Part shown: positions 1 through 6,685 of the stretch, piece by piece | Numbering within the stretch: position 1 is the first letter of the stretch | Layout: each line of letters begins with the position of its first letter | DNA from: a virus | Taxonomy: Duplodnaviria; Caudoviricetes | IMG/VR virus record: IMGVR_UViG_3300017747_001102 | Span: 1-26,513 of that record | DNA length: 26,513 nucleotides | Direction: 5' to 3' (one strand) | Translations under genes and position numbers: made by a program | Notes under the pieces: generated by a model | Told to the model about the DNA's origin: nothing | The model's database searches: none | What the model saw: the letters and a program-made list of their open reading frames with translations, nothing else

Positions 1-526
1 CATTAGCAGCACCAGCAGTTAACAACGCAGCAGAGCCTAGTCCAGTTATCTTGGAATTTGCTAGTGCTGTTATCCATGCTGGGTTTGAATATGAACCAGT
101 TGTGTATACACCATCAGTTACAGCACCAGCTGTAAGACCAGAAGCCGTTCCTGTTATATTAGTGCCTACGAAAGAAGCAGGAGTACCCAATGCTGTGGCA
201 TTACCAGCAGCATCAAGCCATACACCCTTCTCGGAAGGGTAAGTAACGAATACGTCTTTAGTGCCAGCGGAGAAGTTAACCAACGCATTAGCGTTGCTGG
301 AGGACAAGACTGTGTCGCGTGATAGTGTAGTGCCGGACAGGGTGTATGTACCTATGCCGACTTCCCATTCAGTGATTGTTTGGGCTACTATAGCGTAATA
401 GGTAGTGTTCCCGTTGCCGACGGCAGCGAAAGATTGAAACCCAGTAGAAGCACCAGCTAGTGTGAAAGTCCCTGTGCTAGATGTTGTACTTGTTTCTTTT
501 ACCCGATCTTGTAAGACGAGGGCCAT
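1..526 (-). CDS. Tail fibre / tail-associated protein, N-terminal part (runs off the window edge; absent from the ORF track)
   Basis: Manual translation from ATG at 526 (TAATG overlap with the upstream gene): MALVLQDRVKETSTTSSTGTFTLAGASTGFQSF...EWEVGIGTY...VNFSAGTKDVFVTYPSEK, open to position 1. Thr/Gly/Ala-rich, with an N-terminus typical of phage tail-fibre proteins. Confidence 0.75.
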   Translation of the reverse strand, partial: MALVLQDRVKETSTTSSTGTFTLAGASTGFQSFAAVGNGNTTYYAIVAQTITEWEVGIGTYTLSGTTLSRDTVLSSSNANALVNFSAGTKDVFVTYPSEKGVWLDAAGNATALGTPASFVGTNITGTASGLTAGAVTDGVYTTGSYSNPAWITALANSKITGLGSAALLTAGAAN

Positions 527-978
527 TAAGCAATCCTAATAATCGCGCTTGTAGAATCTGCTGTTGGGAATATAATTGTGAAGTCACCTGCGGTAGATGT
601 TTTATCTCCACCAAAAGCAAGGATCGCAACACATTTATTACCTTGTGTGCTGTTATAAATCATAGCGCCGTTAGCGGTGATAGTAGACGCAGTCCAAACA
701 GAATCAGCAAAGTCTAGCCATGCTGTAGTGGTAGTTGATGTTGGAACCTGGGAAATAGTTAGTGTATTACCCCCCGCTGTGTATCCACCCGCAGTAGCAA
801 CTTCATTTGAAGTGGTGTACGCCGTTGTGGTTGCGCTTAATGTGGCGGAAGAAGTGTACAATGCGATCTTAAAAACATCCGCTGCTGTGCTCGCCCGTAT
901 AACGCCAACGCCAAAATTATGAAACCCATCGAGTATCTCGACTTTAAAACTTGTTGCCATTGCCTGTGTTATTGCCAT
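526..978 (-). CDS. Conserved virion structural protein (tail region)
   Basis: 150 aa, Thr/Ala-rich and beta-type. SD GGAG upstream. Lies between the adaptor and tail-fibre genes. Confidence 0.7.
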   Translation of the reverse strand: MAITQAMATSFKVEILDGFHNFGVGVIRASTAADVFKIALYTSSATLSATTTAYTTSNEVATAGGYTAGGNTLTISQVPTSTTTTAWLDFADSVWTASTITANGAMIYNSTQGNKCVAILAFGGDKTSTAGDFTIIFPTADSTSAIIRIA

Positions 979-993
979 GCTGTACTCCTATAA

Positions 994-1629
994 TTAATTA
1001 ACTGGAACCCTTGCTTGCCCGCTGCGGTATGCATCGCGCCTATTCTTACCATCGCCCAACGTCTTCAATAATGCAAGTGCTTCATCGTACCGTTTCTGAT
1101 ACCCAGCAATTACATCTGCCTCACCCTTCATGTAAGTATACGCCTCCAACAACGAGCCATATAGTAGGACAGAGTCAAAATTATCCCCCAACCATGTAGT
1201 ACTAGCAGTAACAATGCTCTCTGGATAATAGTAGTAGTGTAGTTCCATGCTGTAGGCTGCATCCGGAGTAGGTCCCAGAATAAACGTGTCTTGGTCAAAC
1301 TGGGCATAATATTGCGGTACTCCATAAAACGCAGCATCTGTATCTGGAAAAGACTCACGTATAAAGTTAACATCTTTATCCAGTAAATACGTATATTCAT
1401 TACCTGTACTAACAGCTGCCAGTGAAAAAGTAGCCAACCAATCCGAAGGGCAAGTCAAGTATTTATTACCTGTTGTGACACTACCCGTCACGTTCTTCCT
1501 TATTGCTGGAAGCTGGATTGCATTATATACGCGCTGCTCTGTCTGCTGTATGAACGTGTTAATGTCCGCCACAGCGAACTCATTCTCCACATAGCTTTGG
1601 ATCTCAGCAACAAGTTGGGTATAGTTAAT
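994..1629 (-). CDS. Head-tail adaptor / tail tubular-like protein (probable ATT start at 1629; ORF track starts at GTG 1590)
   Basis: The frame is open from ATT-AAC-TAT (I/M-N-Y-T-Q-L-V-A-E-I-Q-S-Y) with SD AAGGGGTG 6 nt upstream. Contains GPTPD...ELHYYYYPESI...LLYGSLLEAY, typical of phage adaptor proteins. Confidence 0.75.
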   Translation of the reverse strand: MNYTQLVAEIQSYVENEFAVADINTFIQQTEQRVYNAIQLPAIRKNVTGSVTTGNKYLTCPSDWLATFSLAAVSTGNEYTYLLDKDVNFIRESFPDTDAAFYGVPQYYAQFDQDTFILGPTPDAAYSMELHYYYYPESIVTASTTWLGDNFDSVLLYGSLLEAYTYMKGEADVIAGYQKRYDEALALLKTLGDGKNRRDAYRSGQARVPVN

Positions 1630-1641
1630 TTAGGTCACCCC

Positions 1642-1785
1642 TTACTGGCTATTCTTGCTGTACTTATTACCCGTAGTCGCAGCGCCTGTACCACGCTTAG
1701 TCTTTGTTTGGGTATTCGGTACATTGTTTGGGTATCCTGAGGTTGCAGGCGTAGGTACCTTTTGTGGCTGCTTATAATCGCTCAT
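1642..1785 (-). CDS. Small basic protein, 47 aa, RGTGAATTG motif (below the ORF-track cutoff)
   Basis: MSDYKQPQKVPTPATSGYPNNVPNTQTKTKRGTGAATTGNKYSKNSQ*. Tightly fills the gap between neighbouring genes. Confidence 0.7.
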   Translation of the reverse strand: MSDYKQPQKVPTPATSGYPNNVPNTQTKTKRGTGAATTGNKYSKNSQ

Positions 1786-1788
1786 GGT

Positions 1789-1965
1789 TTAACCCTTTCT
1801 TTGGTTCATTACTTTAGCCATACCGCGACCCATTTGTTTCATAGCCAACGAGGTAACCCCAGCAGAACCTTTACCGCCGTTTTCAACGCCTAACTTAGCG
1901 CCGTCATTGCCTAGATTCTTACCTTTAGTCTTACCCTTGCTCTCACATCCGTTGCCTTTTGCCAT
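1789..1965 (-). CDS. Small Gly/Lys-rich protein, 58 aa, GKTKG motif (below the ORF-track cutoff)
   Basis: MAKGNGCESKGKTKGKNLGNDGAKLGVENGGKGSAGVTSLAMKQMGRGMAKVMNQRKG*, with SD AGGAG upstream. Confidence 0.75.
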   Translation of the reverse strand: MAKGNGCESKGKTKGKNLGNDGAKLGVENGGKGSAGVTSLAMKQMGRGMAKVMNQRKG

Positions 1966-1974
1966 GCTATTCTC

Positions 1975-2346
1975 CTAGCTTGTTGTTACTGTTACGGTGC
2001 CAACTGCACCAGTGCCTACTAAATCATTTACTTCTAACCCAAGCGGGTCGTTCAAACCAACAGGGTTCCACCCCCACTGAATTATCCGACTACCTCCATC
2101 ACCACCAGGCCCCGACTCATAATACCCTAATTCCGCTCTGGGGTCTCTAATAGCCTGTGGATCATTTACTGGATACATACCCAACAATAGTTGCGGTTGA
2201 TCGGGCTCCCAACAATCTGGGCACACCAGCAGGTTCACGTTCTTGGCTTTTATAACCAGCTTCTTCAGCTGCTTTAGCTTATACCTAAAACCACAACGGT
2301 CACACGACGCAATTGCCTTCTTGCCAGAGGCGTAATTACTTGGCAT
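1975..2346 (-). CDS. Zn-ribbon virion-module protein (CxxC...CxxC)
   Basis: Likely start MPSNYASGKK at 2346, 1 nt after the upstream stop. Cysteine pairs CDRC and CPDC. Confidence 0.7.
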   Translation of the reverse strand: MPSNYASGKKAIASCDRCGFRYKLKQLKKLVIKAKNVNLLVCPDCWEPDQPQLLLGMYPVNDPQAIRDPRAELGYYESGPGGDGGSRIIQWGWNPVGLNDPLGLEVNDLVGTGAVGTVTVTTS

Positions 2347-2347
2347 T

Positions 2348-3058
2348 TTAGAAGAACTGTTGGCGCGGTACCGCGCGTAGGGGTGCCTTTTCCCTATCCT
2401 CGTCCGCTGCAAGTTGGAACTGCTGTTCGTAGTCTGCTTTTAGCATCTGCATTCTAACCATCCCTTCGGGGAGTTTCATGCTTAAATAGTAGGCCAACCC
2501 CGCCACCATTGCTGGTAGAAATCTAAAGGGGATGTCCTGAGTAGTGGTACCGTTGCCAGCATCCTGAATCCTGCGCAATCTCCAGTATACTAATGTGTAA
2601 GTGGTGGAGCTGTCAGGTTTTGGCCAGACTGTAACGGTAGGTGATTGTACCACAGCCGTGGCTGAAGTCGCACCTGATTGTCTATTTATGTAGATTTGAA
2701 TCGGCCTCCCTACGGCATTCTTATTAGGGATGGTGGAGTATGTTGACACGCTAATGCGTGAGATATTAATGTCTTGCTGGTTTGTTCCTGTACCTGTGCG
2801 CACTACGTGGTCAAGTAAGTCAATGGTATCTACAGGTAGGTTATATGTGCCTGTGCCTGAAACTAAGGGGATGCTGCCTTCTTCAACAGTCCACAAATTA
2901 ATCCCACGGTTCGCCCACTCAATCGTCAACAAATTCAAAGACCTACGGGCTGTCCGCAAGTCATAACCAGAGCGCAGTTCTGCTCCGCAGCGTTCGAAAG
3001 CTTCTTCGACGAGATTGTTTAGGTCTAGATTAAATGTCGTCGTGCTAGTTGTTGGCAT
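2348..3058 (-). CDS. Head-tail adaptor / head-completion protein
   Basis: 236 aa, with EEAFERCG...ARRSLNLLTIEWANRGINLWT...VWPKPD...GLAYYLSMK typical of phage adaptor proteins. Lies after the capsid genes. Confidence 0.7.
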   Translation of the reverse strand: MPTTSTTTFNLDLNNLVEEAFERCGAELRSGYDLRTARRSLNLLTIEWANRGINLWTVEEGSIPLVSGTGTYNLPVDTIDLLDHVVRTGTGTNQQDINISRISVSTYSTIPNKNAVGRPIQIYINRQSGATSATAVVQSPTVTVWPKPDSSTTYTLVYWRLRRIQDAGNGTTTQDIPFRFLPAMVAGLAYYLSMKLPEGMVRMQMLKADYEQQFQLAADEDREKAPLRAVPRQQFF

Positions 3059-3807
3059 TATTTACCTAATTTCTTGTTTGTTTTACCTATACGACCAAAG
3101 TCTATTTCTGCTTTAACGAGATTATCTAGAGGGCCTGTGAGCCCTCCCTTGGCCTTTTTCTTCGCTTTGATTATACCACCCTTTTTTAGGGGGTTATATT
3201 TCCCTGTTTCTTCATCACGCAACTCTATATGTTCTCTGCGTACTGGCTTTCCTACTGGTATATTTTCTGAGCGTACTCGTAAATGATTTTTAGGGTTATC
3301 ACTCATAGTAAAATATTTACTTTTGGAGTTGCCTCCTTCTCTTGGCAACATATACCCTGTATTTTTAATATCTTCTATTTCTTTCTGTGAAAACACATTT
3401 CTTCCACCCCACTCTCTAGATGTATTGCCAGCCTCAAATTCTCCTCTTCCATCTACAAACATATCTTTATATAGCCGATTTGTTATTGGGTGTGCAATTC
3501 TAGGGTCAACTTTAGAAACAACTCCCCTACCAAGTTTAGCGATACTAGATGGTACACCAGAACCAATTAATGCCTCTGGATATACGTTTTCTAGCCCCGG
3601 CTCCCCATACTTGACTGGGTTAATAGCCTGTAGTTCTTCTATTGTTGGTTCACGAGCTGTACCATGACTCATACCTTCATGTTGATTAACTGAACCACCT
3701 TTGTCAAACTTCTTTACTTTACGTGTAACAACTGGCTTGGCAATACTTTTCTTAGCGCCTGGTACCTTAGCAGGGTTAATACATCCCATGCCCCTAGAAG
3801 CCCTCAT
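3058..3807 (-). CDS. KGG-motif protein with an internal putative ADP-ribosyltransferase-like domain
   Basis: Basic termini carry FDKGG, LKKGG and KAKGG. The internal segment reads GRNVFSQKEIEDIKNTGYMLP...KYFT. The ORF is solid; the ART call is inference. Confidence 0.55.
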   Translation of the reverse strand: MRASRGMGCINPAKVPGAKKSIAKPVVTRKVKKFDKGGSVNQHEGMSHGTAREPTIEELQAINPVKYGEPGLENVYPEALIGSGVPSSIAKLGRGVVSKVDPRIAHPITNRLYKDMFVDGRGEFEAGNTSREWGGRNVFSQKEIEDIKNTGYMLPREGGNSKSKYFTMSDNPKNHLRVRSENIPVGKPVRREHIELRDEETGKYNPLKKGGIIKAKKKAKGGLTGPLDNLVKAEIDFGRIGKTNKKLGK

Positions 3808-4113
3808 TTAGCACATCCTGCCTTTAGTTTTACCGCGTACTTCTATGCCACCGCCTTTGGCAAACTTCTTAACAGCCCCGCCCTTTTTCATACCAAAAGA
3901 AGCTGCAGTTCCCTCTACACCGCCGGGGGCAATTCTTTGTGGTAAAACACCAGCGCTCTTCCCGGATTGCATGCGTCTACGATTTGCATTAAGGTCACGC
4001 TGCCCCTTGTATGCCTGCTTGTCTAGGGCTGCTTGCTTCGCTGTTGAGAGCTTATCTGACGCAGCTTTGTCCTCTGCATCTTTCTTGTTCATTGCTGCGT
4101 AATCAATAGCCAT
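3808..4113 (-). CDS. Small basic KGG/GKTKG-motif protein
   Basis: Ends MKKGGAVKKFAKGGGIEVRGKTKGRMC. TAATG coupling with the upstream gene. Confidence 0.75.
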   Translation of the reverse strand: MAIDYAAMNKKDAEDKAASDKLSTAKQAALDKQAYKGQRDLNANRRRMQSGKSAGVLPQRIAPGGVEGTAASFGMKKGGAVKKFAKGGGIEVRGKTKGRMC

Positions 4114-4483
4114 TATACAAATCTTCCTTTGGTTTTACCACGTACTTCTATGCCGCCGCCTCTGGAGAACTTTTTAGGTGCTTTAACCTTACCGCCCTTT
4201 TTCATAAGTGTTATTGGCCCAACTTCTACAGTGCCGTCAGGAGCATCAGCATCCTCGCGGGTTCCAGCGCTATTACGCATACCTATATCGTTCATCGTGT
4301 CCTCAGCACTGACACGACCAGCAACCCTTTTTCTTGGGCCGCTAGGTGTTTTAATATCTATAACTGTTCTGGATCTTGGCGCTGCCTCATTTATAGCCCT
4401 CTCTTCCGGAGAAAGCTTTTGATTCGAGTACTTATCCCGGCTAGCCATTATACAAATCTTCCTTTAGTTTTACCACGTACTTC
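4107..4483. repeat. 42-bp direct repeat (4107-4148 and 4442-4483, 1 mismatch) spanning gene junctions; partial third copy at about 3821-3855
   Basis: TAGCCATTATACAAATCTTCCTTT(G/A)GTTTTACCACGTACTTC read at both positions. Confidence 0.9.
4113..4448 (-). CDS. Small basic KGG/GKTKG-motif protein
   Basis: Ends MKKGGKVKAPKKFSRGGGIEVRGKTKGRFV. TAATG coupling on both sides. Confidence 0.75.
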   Translation of the reverse strand: MASRDKYSNQKLSPEERAINEAAPRSRTVIDIKTPSGPRKRVAGRVSAEDTMNDIGMRNSAGTREDADAPDGTVEVGPITLMKKGGKVKAPKKFSRGGGIEVRGKTKGRFV

Positions 4484-5011
4484 AATACCACCGCCTTTTG
4501 AGTAGCATTTAACTGAGCCGCCCTTTTTCATAGTTTTTTTCTTTGGTGTCTGATCGTCAAACATGTTCATTCCTTCGTCACGAAGGCGCACCCTTTGTTC
4601 TTCTTCGGTTTCCGCTGGTTTAGGCGCTGGTTTAGGTGTTGGTTTAGGTGTTGCCTTTACTACTGACTCGTTGGTGCCGCTATAGCACTTAACCTTACCG
4701 CCCTTTTTCATTCCGCGATGAACAGGCATAGCCTTCTCCATCTTCTCGCCCTTGGCGTACTGCGCTGGGGTGATCTTGCCGGACTTAATAGCCTTGGCTT
4801 CTTTCATTTCTTCTTTAGGATCGTCTTTACCCTTAAAAAGATTCTTTATTTTACTAAACACAGGACCACCTCCATTCTTGAATTTCTTGCCTTTATCGGC
4901 AGCGATAAAGTCCGCCCCGACGCTCTGTGGAACACCTACTTTTTTGGCCATCTTCGGATTGCGCGCAACCATTGCCATAAAATTGTGCTGCTTTTTCGAA
5001 GTGCTTGGCAT
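4448..5011 (-). CDS. Lys-rich KGG/GKTKG-motif protein
   Basis: MPSTSKKQHNFMA N-terminus, then FKNGG, MKKGG twice, a PKPT/PKPA linker, and the end YSKGGGIEVRGKTKGRFV. Confidence 0.75.
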   Translation of the reverse strand: MPSTSKKQHNFMAMVARNPKMAKKVGVPQSVGADFIAADKGKKFKNGGGPVFSKIKNLFKGKDDPKEEMKEAKAIKSGKITPAQYAKGEKMEKAMPVHRGMKKGGKVKCYSGTNESVVKATPKPTPKPAPKPAETEEEQRVRLRDEGMNMFDDQTPKKKTMKKGGSVKCYSKGGGIEVRGKTKGRFV

Positions 5012-5025
5012 AATTTTATCACCTT

Positions 5026-5301
5026 TTACTTTCCCGGAATCCAGTGGGCGCTAAAATAGTTTATTGCAAAGAGACCCGCACCACATAAGCCCGCCCATAC
5101 CAGCCCCGCAAGTGTTTTTTCAATAACTGCTTTACGCAATGCTGCCCTCTCAACCGACGCTTGTATCGCCAACCTAACCCACATTACTTCCTCGGGAGAT
5201 AGCGGATGCGCCGCAATACCTACTCTAACTGCCTCGATAATTTCATCTCGGGTAGTATCAAACGCTCGCCTGTGCATTGCTATAACTTCGTCTTCGGTCA
5301 T
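5026..5301 (-). CDS. Small membrane protein with a C-terminal TM helix (possible holin-type or lysis-associated)
   Basis: Likely start MTEDEV at 5301, 1 nt after the upstream stop. Hydrophobic segment TLAGLVWAGLCGAGLFAINYF. Confidence 0.55.
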   Translation of the reverse strand: MTEDEVIAMHRRAFDTTRDEIIEAVRVGIAAHPLSPEEVMWVRLAIQASVERAALRKAVIEKTLAGLVWAGLCGAGLFAINYFSAHWIPGK

Positions 5302-5302
5302 A

Positions 5303-5554
5303 TTAACACTTCCACGCGCGTAATGATTTATTGATACGGCTATCTGGGTCATTAGCAGTCTTAGCACTGGTCAGCTTCTTTTTCATGCCTGACATCCTTG
5401 CACAGAAAGACTTTTTCCTAGACCCACCTTCAGGCTGAGGGGCTTTAAGCCCCGGCTTGTCTGGGTTAGCTGCGTTATAAGATGCCCGCCCCTTGGCGTT
5501 TAAACCGCCTTTGGGGTTCTTTCCTTCTTTGCGTTGCCAAGCGGGGGTAGCCAT
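5303..5554 (-). CDS. Conserved basic phage protein (DUF6321-like)
   Basis: AWQRKEGKNPKGGLNAKGRASYN...RKKSFCARM...SRINKSLRAWKC, a motif recognised from marine and freshwater phage proteins. Confidence 0.7.
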   Translation of the reverse strand: MATPAWQRKEGKNPKGGLNAKGRASYNAANPDKPGLKAPQPEGGSRKKSFCARMSGMKKKLTSAKTANDPDSRINKSLRAWKC

Positions 5555-5557
5555 AGT

Positions 5558-6070
5558 TTATCCGTAGTAAATATTTGCTGCGGTTAAATTTGAGATATAA
5601 CCATACACACCAGTAGTTGCTCTTACGCCTTCTCCGGGAATAAGTGGAGCATTGTTATATGTGTCACCAGCGGATACATCATATGTTATTAACCATTTTC
5701 CAGTTGAATAAACCATTGCAGCCCCAGCAGTAATTGAACCGCTATTAATGTCTGTAATAGTAAAAGTACCAGATGTTAATACTGTGACAGCATAGTTTCC
5801 GTTGGTAGCAGTTCCGCCTGTACCAGCAGCAAAATCAATACCAATAACTTGTCCATCGGCTAATCCATGTGCTGATTGAGTTACAGTAACGGTTGTTGTA
5901 GAACGAGCATAAGTTCCCGTAGTTACAGGGGCTGTTAACGTATCAAACACAATTAATTGACCCGCACTAGCCGTGCCAGTTAATGAAATGGCTTTAATAC
6001 GAGTTGGTCCAACAACAAAAATGCCGCTACCGTTTAAATGCGCCTGTTTTACGTCATATTGCATTGCCAT
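5558..6070 (-). CDS. Virion structural / decoration protein
   Basis: 170 aa, Thr/Gly-rich and beta-type. SD GGGGG upstream. Lies in the post-capsid cluster. Confidence 0.65.
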   Translation of the reverse strand: MAMQYDVKQAHLNGSGIFVVGPTRIKAISLTGTASAGQLIVFDTLTAPVTTGTYARSTTTVTVTQSAHGLADGQVIGIDFAAGTGGTATNGNYAVTVLTSGTFTITDINSGSITAGAAMVYSTGKWLITYDVSAGDTYNNAPLIPGEGVRATTGVYGYISNLTAANIYYG

Positions 6071-6085
6071 AGTAACCCCCTAAAA

Positions 6086-6517
6086 TTAAGCGGTACGTGT
6101 AAATGTGTATGCCGTTGCACTCGAGAACATAAGGGTGAAGCGTGCTTGACCAGTAACACCATTAGCAATAGTTAAGTCACCAAAGCTACCAGGTGTGTCA
6201 GCCGCTCCAGAAGACAGAATGCCGTTTACCGCTACAACCATAGTTACAGTGTTTGCACCTGCAGTGTTGTCAATGTAAAGTTCGTGGATTGTTCCTTGTA
6301 CAGCACCTAGTGCAGCACCTAGTAAGGTACCTGTAGGCAGAGTGATTGCTGTTGCAGCGGCTGATGTAGAGGTGATATAACCTGTTGCTACTTGCGCAGC
6401 TGTGGCTGTGGCTGTTGCGTTAATTGCTACTGGGGTATGGGTTACTACTCCGATTGCTGTCTTGCCTACAAAACCGTTTGTGGATGTGACTGGACCTGAG
6501 AAGGTAGTTGATGCCAT
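6086..6517 (-). CDS. Virion structural protein (capsid fibre / decoration-like)
   Basis: MASTTFSGPVTSTNGF N-terminus, Ala/Thr-rich, SD AGGAGA. First gene after the major capsid gene. Confidence 0.65.
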   Translation of the reverse strand: MASTTFSGPVTSTNGFVGKTAIGVVTHTPVAINATATATAAQVATGYITSTSAAATAITLPTGTLLGAALGAVQGTIHELYIDNTAGANTVTMVVAVNGILSSGAADTPGSFGDLTIANGVTGQARFTLMFSSATAYTFTRTA

Positions 6518-6530
6518 GATGAATCTCCTG

Positions 6531-6604
6531 TGTTATAGCACGTTCCTATGCAGTCTCTATAATGTCCGCTAGGGCGGTCTGCACAAGTAAAAATGGTACC
6601 TAGA
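6531..6604 (-). ncRNA. Structured RNA downstream of the gpT-like capsid gene; candidate Mu-gpT-DE motif
   Basis: 9-bp stem CUUGUGCAG/CUGCAUAGG encloses a small CCG/CGG hairpin. Possible pseudoknots CUAGG/CCUAG and UUAUAG/CUAUAA. Genomic context matches the described motif. Confidence 0.55.
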
Positions 6605-6611
6605 TAGAACC

Positions 6612-6640
6612 CTTATACTCCTGTTTTATAGAGGTGTCAA
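6612..6640 (-). promoter_or_regulatory. Sigma70-type promoter
   Basis: TTGACA (6640-6635), 17-nt spacer, TATAAG (6617-6612). Confidence 0.7.
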
Positions 6641-6641
6641 C

Positions 6642-6669
6642 AAATAAAAACCCCACCGAAGTGGGGTTT
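6642..6669 (-). terminator. Rho-independent terminator after the major capsid gene
   Basis: AAACCCCAC-TTCG-GTGGGGTTTTTATTT on the minus strand: a C(UUCG)G tetraloop followed by a U-tract. Confidence 0.85.
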
Positions 6670-6685
6670 CGTAGCTTAAAGTTAC

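Noticed and set aside
3821-4483. Diversity-generating retroelement TR/VR pair
   Set aside because: No reverse transcriptase is in the window, the repeats are short, and the differences are mostly synonymous rather than adenine-specific diversification.
6531-6604. Self-cleaving ribozyme or tRNA
   Set aside because: No hammerhead, twister or pistol core and no cloverleaf could be matched by eye. No tRNA was recognised anywhere in the window.
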